Part shown: in pieces, positions 13,031 to 24,493 of the stretch
Layout of the letters: every line of letters starts with the position of its first letter
Numbering within the stretch: position 1 is the first letter of the stretch
Assembly (NCBI GenBank): GCA_963708075.1
Contig: OY970194.1
Coordinates: forward strand, 4,064,001-4,128,000
DNA length: 64,000 nt
Direction of reading: 5' to 3'
Source: Sedimentisphaerales bacterium
GTDB lineage: Bacteria; Planctomycetota; Phycisphaerae; Sedimentisphaerales; Anaerobacaceae
Notes under the pieces: model-generated
Told to the model about the DNA's origin: nothing
Database searches by the model: none
Seen by the model: only the letters and a program-made list of their open reading frames with translations
Program-made: the position numbers and the translations under genes

Positions 13031-14260
13031 ATGAACATATTAGCCATAAACTGCGGTTCGAGCAGCATCAAACTCAGGCTGTTCGATGTCAACCGGGACT
13101 TTCGATTGATCGCCAAAGGGCTGGCGGAGCGCATCGGCCAGGAATCCGGGTCCATTTACCGCATTCTTGAGGACAAACAGGAATTCAGAAGGGAACTGCC
13201 TTTGCCCGACCACCGCGCCGCCATGCACGCGCTGCATCACGCGATGGTCGAGGACGATTCGGATCTCGCGGGAAATGCCGTCGGAATAGATGGTGTAGGG
13301 CATAGAATAGTCCACGGCGGAGAACGATTCAGAAATCCCGTCCTGATCGATGCGGAAGTGATTGACGGCATAAAAGAGGCCGCACGGTTCGCTCCTCTGC
13401 ACTGTCAGCCCAATATCATCGGCATCGAGGTCGCACAGGAGGTGCTGCCGGATATTCCTCATGTGGCTGTCTTTGACACCGCCGCTCATCAGACAATCCC
13501 GCCCAAGGCATTTCTGTACGGCCTTCCGGCAGAGCTCTATGAAAAGTCCAAGATTCGCAAGTACGGTTTTCACGGAATCAATCACAGTTATGTTGCGAAC
13601 GAGGCTGCGCAGATTCTAGGACAACCACTCCCCGACCTCAAAGTCATAACCTGTCATCTGGGCAACGGCTGCTCAATTACAGCCTTTGAACGGGGTAGAA
13701 GCATCGATACTTCCATGGGACTTACACCTTTGGAAGGGCTGATCATGGGGAGTCGATGCGGGGATCTGGACCCCGCCATAGTCCTGTACCTGATTGACGA
13801 ACTGGGTTTAACCACTTCAGAGGTAACGGATTTGCTCAACACCAAGAGCGGCCTGTTAGGGCTCTGCGGCAACAACGATATGCGTGACATCATCGCAATG
13901 GCTGAAAAGGGAGAACTCCGTTCGCAAGTTGCGATCGATGTGTTTGTCTACCGAATCCAGAAGTATATCGGGGCGTATGTCGCAGCGATGAACGGAATTG
14001 ACGTCATCGTGTTTACCGGAGGGATTGGAGAGAACAGTCCGTATATACGACAACGTGTGGCAGCCAATTTGGGATATCTGGGTGTCAGTATAGATCCAGA
14101 GAGGAATGATAACGGTGAGACTGTGTTTTCCTCCGACAATTCATCTGTCGCACTCATGACAATTCCCGCGAATGAAGAAATGGTCATTGCGCAGCAAACA
14201 TATGGCATGCTGACTAGGAGCATGGAGACACTCGTACAGAAGTCGGACGTGACATCATAG
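13031..14260 (+). CDS. ackA: Acetate kinase (copy 1)
   Basis: INCGSSSIK, GHRIVHGG, VFDTA, YGFHG, HLGNGCS, DTSMGLTPLEG, FTGGIGEN. Confidence 0.95.
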   Translation: MNILAINCGSSSIKLRLFDVNRDFRLIAKGLAERIGQESGSIYRILEDKQEFRRELPLPDHRAAMHALHHAMVEDDSDLAGNAVGIDGVGHRIVHGGERFRNPVLIDAEVIDGIKEAARFAPLHCQPNIIGIEVAQEVLPDIPHVAVFDTAAHQTIPPKAFLYGLPAELYEKSKIRKYGFHGINHSYVANEAAQILGQPLPDLKVITCHLGNGCSITAFERGRSIDTSMGLTPLEGLIMGSRCGDLDPAIVLYLIDELGLTTSEVTDLLNTKSGLLGLCGNNDMRDIIAMAEKGELRSQVAIDVFVYRIQKYIGAYVAAMNGIDVIVFTGGIGENSPYIRQRVAANLGYLGVSIDPERNDNGETVFSSDNSSVALMTIPANEEMVIAQQTYGMLTRSMETLVQKSDVTS

Positions 14261-14269
14261 GAGCCTCCT

Positions 14270-15295
14270 ATGTCCAAGAAATCATTGATGCGGATTCTTC
14301 TGGTGGTCGTTGTCGTGGGTGTCGCTGCATTCCTTGGCTTTAAGTATTGGAAGGCAAGGCAATCCGCGCTGCCCAAGGGAATTGTCTCGGGTAACGGCCG
14401 GATCGAGGCCAAACTGGTCGATGTCGCCGCCAGGGAACCGCTGAGGGTCAAGGAAATCCTCGTTGACGAAGGCGATCTAGTCCAGCCGGACCAGGTGGTA
14501 GTACAGATGGACACTGTTACTCTTGAGGCCGAACTGGCCGAGGCTCAGCAAAAGGTCGCCGCCGCGAGGGAGGGTGTGGCCGTCGCCAATGCCGCCATTG
14601 TCAAGGTGAAAAGTCAGATCGAACTTGCCAAGATCGAGGTCGAACGCGCCCGAAAGCTCGTCGAGGAACGCGCCGCCTCGCAGCGGGAACTCGATCTCCG
14701 CCAGACGGCCGTACAAACAACCACGGCCGCCCTCGCGGAGGAGGTAGCGAGACTGCAAACCGCTGAGCAAGAGGTCAAAGTCGCACAGGCAAACGTGGCA
14801 ACCATCCAGACCCGCATCGATGACGCGACGCTCAAGTCCCCCGTCCGTGGAAGAGTGCTCTATCGCTTGGCCGAAGTGGGCGAGGTCCTGGCTGCCGGCG
14901 GGAAAGCATTGACGCTGGTGAATCTGCAAGACGTCTACATGGAGATCTTCCTTCCCTCCGAAGAGGCCGCGAGACTTCAGATTGGCTCCGAAGCGAGGAT
15001 TACCCTTGACTATACTCCTCCCAACCGCGCCGCCGCCGGATACGTCAGCTTCGTGTCCCCGGAAGCCCAGTTCACTCCCAAACAGGTCGAGACACGCAGC
15101 GAGCGCAGCAAGCTGATGTTTCGTGTCAAGATCCGGCTGCCGGAAGAGTTGGTCACCTCGTACATCCAGTACATCAAGACAGGCGTCCGAGGCGTCGGGT
15201 ATGTCAAGGTGGATCAATACGCTGTCTGGCCGGACAGGTTGCAGAACCTCTTGGCGCCGTCCCAAGAAGTCGCACGGCAGGATACCCTTAAGTGA
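14270..15295 (+). CDS. HlyD-family membrane fusion protein (YhiI-like)
   Basis: N-terminal TM, GNGRIEA, coiled coil, AQFTPKQVET...LMFRVK. Confidence 0.9.
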   Translation: MSKKSLMRILLVVVVVGVAAFLGFKYWKARQSALPKGIVSGNGRIEAKLVDVAAREPLRVKEILVDEGDLVQPDQVVVQMDTVTLEAELAEAQQKVAAAREGVAVANAAIVKVKSQIELAKIEVERARKLVEERAASQRELDLRQTAVQTTTAALAEEVARLQTAEQEVKVAQANVATIQTRIDDATLKSPVRGRVLYRLAEVGEVLAAGGKALTLVNLQDVYMEIFLPSEEAARLQIGSEARITLDYTPPNRAAAGYVSFVSPEAQFTPKQVETRSERSKLMFRVKIRLPEELVTSYIQYIKTGVRGVGYVKVDQYAVWPDRLQNLLAPSQEVARQDTLK

Positions 15296-15316
15296 ACGAC
15301 CCAAGGAGGTGTCTTG

Positions 15317-16955
15317 ATGGGCAGCCATAACGATGCAAAGCCAACGATGTCCAGAGAGCCTTTGGCCGTTGCCGGTGTGATTTCACTGCTGAGCGGGGTG
15401 TTGGCGTTGGGCGGGTGTACGGTGGGTCCTGACTTCATGACACCCGAGGCCAGAATCCAGGAAAACTGGAGCGAGGCAGGTGATGCGCGGGTCGTGACTC
15501 AGACCGTAATTGCCAGGGAATGGTGGAGGGCCTTCCATGACCCAACACTCGATGAATTAATACAATCGGCCTACCGGCAGAATTTGCCGCTGCAGATCGC
15601 CGGTTCTCAGAATTCTGGAAGCACGAGCCCGGTTGGGAATTGCCCTTGGCCAGCAGTATCCCCAGCAACAAGAGGTCTTCGGCAGTGCAGCGCAGGTGGG
15701 CCTTAGTCAAAACGCGCCCAACGGCGCCCTGCCCGAGCACAATTATTGGGATTATCAGTTGGGCTTTGATGCGGTCTGGGAATTGGATTTCTGGGGCAAG
15801 TTTCGCAGGGATGTCGAAGCAGCCCAGGCGGACTGGCTGGCCTCGGCGGCCGATTATGATAATGCCCTGGTATCGCTTACCGCGGAAGTCGCCCGCACCT
15901 ATACCGTGGTTCGCACCTCTGAGGTGCTCATCCAAATAACGCTCGCAAACGTCAAGGTGCAGGAGGATGGGCTCGCCATTGCCGAGTCCCGTTTCCGCAA
16001 TGGCGCCACCACGGAACTGGATGTGACACAGGCTCGCACCTTGTTGGAGAGTACCCGGGCTTCCATCCCACGGCTGCAAACCCAACTGCAGCAGGCGCAG
16101 AACGCCTTGAGCACGCTGTTAGGACAGCCGACGGGCGTCGTCCGGGCATTGCTGGATAAACAGAGAGGGATTCCGACGGCACCTGCGCAGGTTGCAGTCA
16201 GCGTTCCGGCTGAACTGCTTCGACGGCGTCCCGATATCCGTAGCGCCGAGCTTTTTGCCGCCGCACAAAGTGCCCGCATTGGCATTGCCAAAGCGGATTT
16301 GTATCCACGTTTCACACTCTTTGGTGAGATCGGGTTTCAAACCAGCAGCCAGGGTGGGGCGCGGTCCAACAATGCTGATGTGGGAAATATATTTGATAGC
16401 GACAGCTTGTTCTATTCCTTTGGCCCGGGATTTCAGTGGCCCATTTTCAATTACGGCCGCATAGAGAATAATGTGCGCGTCCAGGACGCGAGATTTCAGC
16501 AGTTGCTGGTCAATTACCAGGACACCGTTCTCAGGGCGGCCCAGGAAGTGGAAGACGCTCTCATCGGCTTTCTCAACGAACAGGAAGCCAGAGTCTTTGA
16601 CCAAAACGCCGTAAATGCTGCACAGCGGTCGGTGGAGATTGCCTTGGCACAATATCGGGAAGGCGCCGTAGATTATCAGCGGGTACTAGATACGCAACGT
16701 GCCTTATTACTGGAGGAAAGTAATCTGGCCCGGACGTATTCATCCATTGCCACGAATTTGATTGCCCTTTACAAGGCGTTGGGCGGGGGTTGGGAATTGC
16801 GCCAGGGCCAACCCATCGTAGCGGAAAGCACGCAAGCCGAGATGCAACAACGGACCGACTGGGGCCGTTTGTTGCCGCCGCCACCGGCGCCTGAAACCTT
16901 GAACCCGCCACCGCCGGCTCGTGATATACCCATTTTGCAGAAACCTGATTGGTAA
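15317..16955 (+). CDS. Outer-membrane efflux lipoprotein (NodT/OprM family), one +1 frameshift near 15604
   Basis: Lipobox [10 protein letters not shown] and [10 protein letters not shown] in ORF 15314-15706; [28 protein letters not shown] in ORF 15633-16955. Removing one T gives [17 protein letters not shown]. Confidence 0.88.
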
Positions 16956-17053
16956 GTCCGGCAAAGTCTGTCCCGCGTTCGGTGGGAGTGCACGCGTCAC
17001 GTGGTGATTGTATCAAACTACTGCCAAAGAGTGTTGTATGGAAGGCTCAATCC

Positions 17054-19833
17054 ATGCTATCCCCCGCACCTGAATCGGCCGGCACGCCGGTGGTCACGAT
17101 CAAAGACGTCACCCACCGTTATGGGAGCGTTGTGGCGCTCGATGGCATTAGCCTCGATATCCCCAGAGGCCGCATGGTCGGCATCATCGGCCCTGACGGC
17201 GTCGGCAAGTCGACGCTCATGGCCCTGATCGCCGGATCCAAGAAGATGCAGCAGGGGAAAGTGATTGTCCTGGATGGGGACATCGCTGATGCCCGACATC
17301 GAGGCGCCGTATGCCCGCGGATCGCCTACATGCCCCAGGGTTTGGGCAAGAACCTCTACTTGGAACTCAGCGTCCATGAGAACGTCGACTTCATGGCAAG
17401 ACTCTTCGGACTCTCCGCCGCGGAGCGTCCGATCCGCATTAAGGAATTGCTGGATGCCACCGGGCTGGGCCCGTTTCCCGGACGTCCCGCCGGCAAACTC
17501 TCCGGCGGGATGAAACAGAAGGTGGGGCTCTGCGGCGCCTTGGTGCACGAACCGGATCTTCTGGTTCTCGATGAGCCCACCACCGGCGTCGATCCGCTCT
17601 CCCGGCGCCAATTTTGGACGCTCATTGACGATATTCGTGCAGGCCGCCCCAGCATGAGTGTCGTCATTTCCACCGCCTACATGGACGAGGCGCAGCGGTG
17701 GGACTGGATCGTCGCCATGGACGCCGGACGTGTGCTGGCGACGGGAACACCGGCGGAGCTGATGCAGCGGACAGGCACCAAAGATTTGGAGCAATGCTTC
17801 GTCGCCCTGCTGCCGGAGGAAAAACGCGCGGGGCATAAGGAGCTGACCATCCCGCCGCGTACGGCCGCTACATCGGAGATCGCCATCGATGCCAAGGGCC
17901 TGACGAAACGCTTCGGCAGCTTCACCGCAGTCGACCACGTTACGCTGTCGGTCGAGCGCGGCGAGATCTTCGGCTTCCTCGGCTCCAATGGCTGCGGCAA
18001 GTCCACGACCATGAAGATGTTGACGGGACTGCTGCCGCCCACCGAGGGGACCGCGACGCTCTTTGGCCAGTCGGTCGAAGCCGGAAGCCTCGAAGTGCGC
18101 GAGCAGCTCGGCTACATGACCCAGGCGTTCTCCCTCTGGGGGGAACTGACCGTCCGCCAGAACCTGGCCCTGGATGCTCGCCTCTATCACATTCCGCCTG
18201 ATCAGGCGAAAGCACGTCTCGAGGAGCTGGTCGAGAAATTCGGATTGGGTCCCTATCTCGATGCTTTGGCCGAGGATCTGCCGTTGGGGATGCGCCAGCG
18301 ACTTTCGCTGGCGGTCGCCGTTCTGCATGACCCGGAAATGCTGATTCTGGATGAACCCACCTCGGGGGTCGATCCGGTCGCGCGGGACAGTTTCTGGGAA
18401 TTGCTGATCGAGCTTTCGCGCCGGGAGGGCGTGACCATCTTCATCACGACGCACTTCATGAACGAAGGAATGCGCTGTGACCGGATCTCGCTCATGAACG
18501 CGGGCAAGGTGCTGGCGTGTGATGCGCCCAGAAGCTAATCGAAGCGCGTGGCGCCGCCAGCCTGGAGGACGCATTCATCGCTTACATGGAGGATTCGATC
18601 GCCAGTGTCGCGCCCAGCGGCGAAAGAAAGGACAAGGCACCAGCCGACGCCCCCGTAGTGAAACCGGCCGTGCTCCCGTCCCCACCCCCGGCGCAGCACT
18701 CCGGTGGGTTCAGCCTGGGGCGGATGCTCGCCTACACCGCGAACGAAACCATGCAGATCCGTCGCGATCCGGTGCGCTTGGCCTTCGCCTTCATTGGTTC
18801 GTTATTGCTGATGCTCGTCTTCGGCTTTGGAATTACTACCGACGTCGAACACATTCGCTACGCCTCAATCGATCTCGACCAGTCGCCGGAAAGCCGCGCT
18901 TACCTCGAGCAATTCGCCAGCTCGAATCGTTATTTTACCGGTACTCCACCGGTATTTTCCGCCGACGATGCCCTATCGCGACTGCAATCGAATGACATCG
19001 CGCTGGTCCTTGAGATTCCGCCGAGTCTCGGCAGGGATGTCCGCAGGGATTCCAAACCGGATGTCTCGGCGCAAGTGGATGGCGCCAATCCATACCGTGG
19101 CGAAACCATTGCGCAGTATGCCCAAGGTGTCCACAATACCATGCTGCGCGATCCCGCGAGCGGACTATACGCCGGCCCTGAGAAATACACTGCCGACATC
19201 CAGGAGCGGTACATGTACAATCCCACGTTCGAGAGCATCTACTCGATCGTGCCGAGCGTCCCCGCCCTGCTGCTGGTCCTGATCCCGGCGATTCTCATGG
19301 CCGTCAGCGTGGTCCGCGAAAAGGAATTGGGCTCCATCATCAACTTCTATGTCACGCCGACAGGGAGGCTGGAGTACCTCCTGGGAAAACAGATTCCCTA
19401 CATCGTCATCGGCATGCTGAACTATTTCATTCTGGTTGCCATGGCGCTGGTCGTCTTCGGCGTCCCGATCAAGGGAAGCTTTCTGATGTTGACGTTGTGC
19501 ACACTGCTCTACGTTACCGCGACAACCGGCATCGGGTTGGTGACTTCGACCTTCACCAGCAGTCAGGTCGCGGCGGTCTTTGTCACCGCGATCCTGACCA
19601 TTTTGCCGACCACCCAGTTCTCCGGCTTGTTGCAGCCGGTCTCGACACTTCAGGGTCAAGCCCGGCTTATCGGTTCCATCTGGCCGACATCGTATTACAT
19701 GCACTCCAGCGTGGGCGCGTATACCAAGGGGCTCGCACCCGGTCTCATGATGCAGGACATCATCTTTCTGGCCTGTTGTATCCCAATTCTGTTGGCGGTG
19801 GGTGTCATTGGCCTGAGAAAGCAGGAGAAATAG
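17054..19833 (+). CDS. rbbA: RbbA-like ABC protein (two ATPase domains plus ABC-2 permease), -1 frameshift near 18528
   Basis: [36 protein letters not shown]. Adding one C at CCC gives [24 protein letters not shown], joining ORF 18586-19833. Confidence 0.9.
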
Positions 19834-19835
19834 CG

Positions 19836-20960
19836 ATGGGGTCATTCCTGAACGTCTTTTGGCTGGGGCTGAAGGAAATGGCCAGCCTGTTGAGTGATGT
19901 GGTGATGGTCCTGTTCGTCGCCTATGCGTTTACCATGGCGATCTACGTCCAGGCGACAGGGACTTCGACTCAGGTGAACAACGCCTCGATCGCCTTTGTG
20001 GACGAGGACGGGTCGGCCTTGTCCAAAGAACTGATGAATGCTTTCTATCCGCCGTATTTCCAGTTGCCTGAGATCATCGCGGCCACGCAGGTCGACGACG
20101 CGATGGACAAAGGTCAGTTCATGTTCGTCGTGGCGATCCCGCCCCGGTTCGAAGGAGACCTTCGCGCCGGCCGCCGACCGGATCTCCAGGTGAACATCGA
20201 CGCGACCGCAATGCAGCAAGCAGGTATCGGCGCGGGCTACATTAAGAATATCATTAACGATCGTATCGCCAGTTTCTTCACGCGCACGGACGTGATTCCG
20301 CCTCAGCCGATCAACCTGGTCGTTCGCAGACTGTTCAATCCGAACGGAATCTCCGCATGGTTTTCCAGTGTAGTGGCCATCATCAATCAAATCACTCTGC
20401 TGACCGTCGTTTTGACGGGCGCCGCGGTGATCCGCGAACGCGAGCACGGGACGTTGGAACACCTGCTGGTGATGCCACTGTCGGCCTTCGAAATCGCCAT
20501 GGCGAAGGTTTGGGCCAATGGCCTGATCATCCTTATCGCCACGGCGGTTTCGCTTTTCCTGATTGTGAGAATGGTGCTGCAAGTGCCGTTCGCCGGCTCG
20601 ATCCCGCTGTGGTTCGGCGGCGTCGTGCTTTATCTGTTCTTCACGACGGCGCTTGGGATCTTCCTCGGGACGATTTCGCGGTCGATGGCGCAGTTCGCAC
20701 TTTTGATCATTCTGGTAATCCTCGTGCTGATGCTGCTTTCGGGCGGGAATACACCGATCGAGAGCCAGCCGCGATGGCTGCAGTACCTTACGTTCTTCCT
20801 GCCTTCACGGCATTTTGTCAGCTTTTCGCAAGTGATTATTTATCGCGGCGGCGGCCTTAGTGCGGTCTGGCCTAATTTTCTGATGGTCGCTGCAATCGGT
20901 CTTGGGTTCTTCGTGTACAGCCTGGCGCTCTTCCGGAAATCAATCGCGGTAACGAAGTAA
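19836..20960 (+). CDS. ABC-2 type permease (YhhJ-like)
   Basis: LGLKE...D, IREREHGTLEHLLVMP, LSGGNTPIES; follows rbbA. Confidence 0.9.
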   Translation: MGSFLNVFWLGLKEMASLLSDVVMVLFVAYAFTMAIYVQATGTSTQVNNASIAFVDEDGSALSKELMNAFYPPYFQLPEIIAATQVDDAMDKGQFMFVVAIPPRFEGDLRAGRRPDLQVNIDATAMQQAGIGAGYIKNIINDRIASFFTRTDVIPPQPINLVVRRLFNPNGISAWFSSVVAIINQITLLTVVLTGAAVIREREHGTLEHLLVMPLSAFEIAMAKVWANGLIILIATAVSLFLIVRMVLQVPFAGSIPLWFGGVVLYLFFTTALGIFLGTISRSMAQFALLIILVILVLMLLSGGNTPIESQPRWLQYLTFFLPSRHFVSFSQVIIYRGGGLSAVWPNFLMVAAIGLGFFVYSLALFRKSIAVTK

Positions 20961-21054
20961 GTTCCGGGCCTGAGATCCCGATGGCTGAGCGGGACTGTGA
21001 AATTCTGTATCCTGCTTTCACGATTCATGACAGACTCGAATAGGGAAGACACCT

Positions 21055-21903
21055 ATGACACCCATGGCAAAGTCCAAATCAACCAAACAGACAAAACCGA
21101 GGAGAATTCCTGAGCTTACGCCTGATGAATGGGAGTACGGGTGGCAATCCTATTGGAAGAAGGCTGGTTTCACGCCTTATGAACTGCCTCCCGCTGAAAC
21201 GGCGAAGACGAATCCCGAGTATGAGTTCCTGATGACGACCCGCACGGTAGAGCGAGAAACGGAGCGGCTTGCGCGCATTGACGCCGAGTTTGTGCGGGGC
21301 TTCAAGGGATTGGGGAGACTGGGGCCCGCCGTCACGGTGTTCGGCTCCGCCCGATTCAAGCATGACCATCCGTACTACGGACTCGCCCGCCAGGTTGGCC
21401 GCGAACTGGCAAGACGAGGTTTTGCGACGCTTACCGGAGGCGGCCCCGGCATTATGGAGGCGGCCAACCGCGGAGCCCATGAAGCCGGCGGCGTCAGTTA
21501 CGGGCTGAATATCATTCTGCCGCATGAGCAATCCGCCAACCCTTATGTCGATAAGCAGATCGAGTTTCATTACTTCTTCGTCCGAAAAGTGATGCTCGTA
21601 AAATACTCCTGCGCGTATGTGGTGATGCCGGGCGGGTTGGGGACGCTGGATGAACTTTTTGAAGCCGCCACCCTCATCCAGTGCAGAAAAATAGGTCCGT
21701 TCCCGCTGGTGCTCATGGGCACCGAGTTCTGGGACGGCCTGCGCAGCTTCGGACGGTTCATGATGGATCAGGGCGTGTTCAATGCCAACGAACTCGGTTT
21801 CGGACGTATCACGGATTCCCCCGAAGAAGCGGTGGATCTGATCGTACGAAGTCAGCCGCCCGCCGTCCGCGATCGGCTGGTACCCGCCACACCCACAAGA
21901 TAG
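21055..21903 (+). CDS. LOG-family (TIGR00730-like) Rossmann-fold protein
   Basis: VTVFGSAR, TGGGPGIMEAANRG, FFVRKVMLVK, PGGLGTLDE. Confidence 0.9.
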   Translation: MTPMAKSKSTKQTKPRRIPELTPDEWEYGWQSYWKKAGFTPYELPPAETAKTNPEYEFLMTTRTVERETERLARIDAEFVRGFKGLGRLGPAVTVFGSARFKHDHPYYGLARQVGRELARRGFATLTGGGPGIMEAANRGAHEAGGVSYGLNIILPHEQSANPYVDKQIEFHYFFVRKVMLVKYSCAYVVMPGGLGTLDELFEAATLIQCRKIGPFPLVLMGTEFWDGLRSFGRFMMDQGVFNANELGFGRITDSPEEAVDLIVRSQPPAVRDRLVPATPTR

Positions 21904-21962
21904 ATGCCGCGGCACCGGCTTCTTCGGGCAGGAACATCCGGCTCTGTCAAGGAGAGTGTCAT

Positions 21963-23354
21963 ATGAAGATCACGCTCATAGGCGCGTCTGGGGGGGAAGT
22001 AACCGGCTCGGCCTACGTGGTTCAAACCCGAAAGGCTCGTGTCCTTGTGGATTGCGGGCTCTTTCAAGGCAGCAAACGGGCGGAAGCCAAGAATCGTCTG
22101 CCGGTCAGAGCAGGGACCAGGCTCGATGCGGTGGTTATCACGCACGGCCATCTGGACCATACAGGCCGTCTGCCGGTCCTGGCAAAGCTGGGGTATCGCG
22201 GTCCCGTCTTTGCCACCCAGGCTACCCACGAAATGACAAGTCTTGTGCTGCGCGATAGCGCCAAAATCCAGGAACAGGATACCGAGCGGGTAAATAGGAA
22301 ACGGATGCGCGCGGGTCAGCCGCCCATCGAACCGCTCTACACGACGGAAGATGCGGAGGCGATTCTCGGAGCCTTTCAAGCCGTACCCTACCAGGAACCG
22401 GTACCGATCGCGCCCGGTATCAAGGCCAGCTTTGCGGAGGCCGGGCACATGCTCGGCTCCGCCAGCATCCAATTGATTGTCGAAGAAGAGGGCCGGGAAA
22501 AGAAGGTGGTGTTCTCGGGCGACATCGGGCCCATAAGCGCCTCCCTGTTGCGCCGCTTTGAACCCTTTCATACGGCGGATATGGTGTTCATGGAATCGAC
22601 CTACGGCAACCGCGACCATCGTCCGTTTCGCCGCACGGTCGATGAATTTGTGGAGATCATCCAGGCTGCGGCCGCTTCCCGAAGCAAGATCCTGATCCCC
22701 ACATTTGCGGTCGGTCGGGCACAACTGCTTGTCACTCTGCTGAGCTTGATGTTCCGAAAGAAGAAGGTCGAGCCGTTTCCGGTCTTCCTCGACAGCCCGA
22801 TGGCGATCGAGGCGACGCGCATCTACAGCCGACATCCCGAACTCTTCGATGAAGAGATGCGCAAGTACATCGAGGAAAGGCCCCTGCGGGAAGATCTGAA
22901 AACGCTCACCGCCTGCGTGACGGCCGAGCAATCCAAAGCGATCAATGAAACCCCCGGGCCTTGTCTGGTGATGGCCGGGTCCGGGATGTGCAATGCCGGC
23001 CGGATTCTGTATCATTTGAAACAGAACCTCTGGAAGCCGGAGACTTATGTTCTCATGGTTGGGTACCAGGCGCACGGTACAGTGGGACGTCAACTGGTAG
23101 ACGGGGCCACTCACGTGAAGATATTCGGCGAAACGATCGCGGTCAAAGCAACCATACGTAATCTGGGCGGCTTCAGCGCACATGCCGGACAAACCGATCT
23201 GCTGCGCTGGGTCGGTACCGTTGCCTCCAGCAAACCGGTGATAGTATTGACGCATGGTGAAGACCCTCAACGCCGGTCGCTGGCTCAGAGTATCAAGAAA
23301 CAATATCGGCTCAGGACTCTGTTGCCGATGCAGGGAGACACCATCGAGCTGTGA
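21963..23354 (+). CDS. MBL-fold beta-CASP metallo-hydrolase (RNA-processing type)
   Basis: GEVTGS, THGHLDHTG, AGHMLGS, ESTYG, AVGRAQ, FSAHAG, HGE. Confidence 0.92.
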   Translation: MKITLIGASGGEVTGSAYVVQTRKARVLVDCGLFQGSKRAEAKNRLPVRAGTRLDAVVITHGHLDHTGRLPVLAKLGYRGPVFATQATHEMTSLVLRDSAKIQEQDTERVNRKRMRAGQPPIEPLYTTEDAEAILGAFQAVPYQEPVPIAPGIKASFAEAGHMLGSASIQLIVEEEGREKKVVFSGDIGPISASLLRRFEPFHTADMVFMESTYGNRDHRPFRRTVDEFVEIIQAAAASRSKILIPTFAVGRAQLLVTLLSLMFRKKKVEPFPVFLDSPMAIEATRIYSRHPELFDEEMRKYIEERPLREDLKTLTACVTAEQSKAINETPGPCLVMAGSGMCNAGRILYHLKQNLWKPETYVLMVGYQAHGTVGRQLVDGATHVKIFGETIAVKATIRNLGGFSAHAGQTDLLRWVGTVASSKPVIVLTHGEDPQRRSLAQSIKKQYRLRTLLPMQGDTIEL

Positions 23355-23534
23355 GATATTCCCGGGCGTCTGAAATGCCCATCGATCCTCACATCAACGG
23401 ACTTGGCCAAAGCGCATCTTCGCGATCAAGGCTCTCATCTTGGGATTGTTTGATGATGCGCCAGGACCGGTCCGCCGCGGCTCCGATGCTGAGCCTCCTT
23501 CGAGGTCCCAACCGGCACAGACGGCTCTGGGGAG

Positions 23535-23567
23535 TGGACACCTAAATGGACACCTGAATTGGCACCT
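23535..23567 (+). repeat. Three 9-bp direct repeats with 12-bp period (TGGACACCT x2, TTGGCACCT)
   Basis: Seen at 23535, 23547 and 23559; related TGACACCC pair at 23679 and 23691. Confidence 0.7.
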
Positions 23568-23587
23568 ACGGCTTTCCCCGGAAGTAA

Positions 23588-23605
23588 CCTGAACCAGCGA
23601 CACAC
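23588..23605 (+). repeat. 18-bp repeat CCTGAACCAGCGACACAC, copy 1
   Basis: Identical copies at 26393 and 29983. Confidence 0.85.
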
Positions 23606-23703
23606 GGATTTTCAGTCTGCTGCGCGCAGAACGCAACCCACGCATTTACAAGCACTTACGAGAGAGAGGAAGGCGAGGTGACACCCCAGATGACACCCGA
23701 AAT

Positions 23704-24213
23704 TCAGAAACCAGGTGAAGGCGACCTCAGGAACTCCGACCAGCGGGTCTCTCGTGCTCGGTCCGGACCAGGGGTGAAGCCATTTCGCTTGAGGACGTTG
23801 TCGATGGTCGTGTGGCAGATGTTATGCCCCAGGTACTTCAACTGTCCCTTGATCCGCCGCGAGCCCCAGGTTTTATTCTTGCGGGCGATCTGGACGATGA
23901 GCTGCTCTACCTCCTCGGAGATTCGCTTCCTGCCCGGCTTGCTCTTCTTCTTGCTGCCGTCGTACTTGCGGGCAATGAGATTGCGGTGCCAGCGGAGAAT
24001 CGTGTCTGGGGAGAAGACGCCGCAGGCATCGTTCAGGACGGATCGTCCCAAGCGTATGCCCAACCGTGCCAGTCGCATTCGCTTGGTGCCGAGTTTCTCC
24101 CGCAGAATCCTGTTCTCTTCCTTGAGGTACACGATCCCATCCTGCTGATGCCGGTTGATCCATCCCGCCAGCATCATCAAAAGCATGCCCATGAGTTTTA
24201 CTTTCATCACCAC
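23704..24213 (-). mobile_element. Truncated transposase (N-terminal part of an rve/integrase-core IS)
   Basis: LAGWINRHQQD..YLKEENRILREKLG, PDTILRWHRNLIARKYDGS, WGSRRIKGQL, TRWSEFL; catalytic core missing. Confidence 0.8.
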
Positions 24214-24493
24214 TCCACCCTTTTACCTTCCAACCTTCCAGCCGGAGAATCAAGGTGAGTTATTATAGCCGGGATGCTCGGTAAGAGCGACCACTTTGCC
24301 GCCCGCTTCACTGTGCCCATAGGGCCGAGATTTGTTGACGCTACAACGAAAACGCACTCGTGTAAACCATGAAGTGGGCCGACAGGGCCGTGTGAGGCGG
24401 GAATTGAGTTTGCGCGGCGGGCGTGGTAGAATGGCGGGGGTATGGTCGCTGACGGAACCCTGGAATCGACATGATGCGGGATTGTTCTATACG

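Noticed and set aside
23360..23530. Possible tyrosine-integrase C-terminal remnant (SHLG..FDD)
   Set aside because: Too short and interrupted to support.
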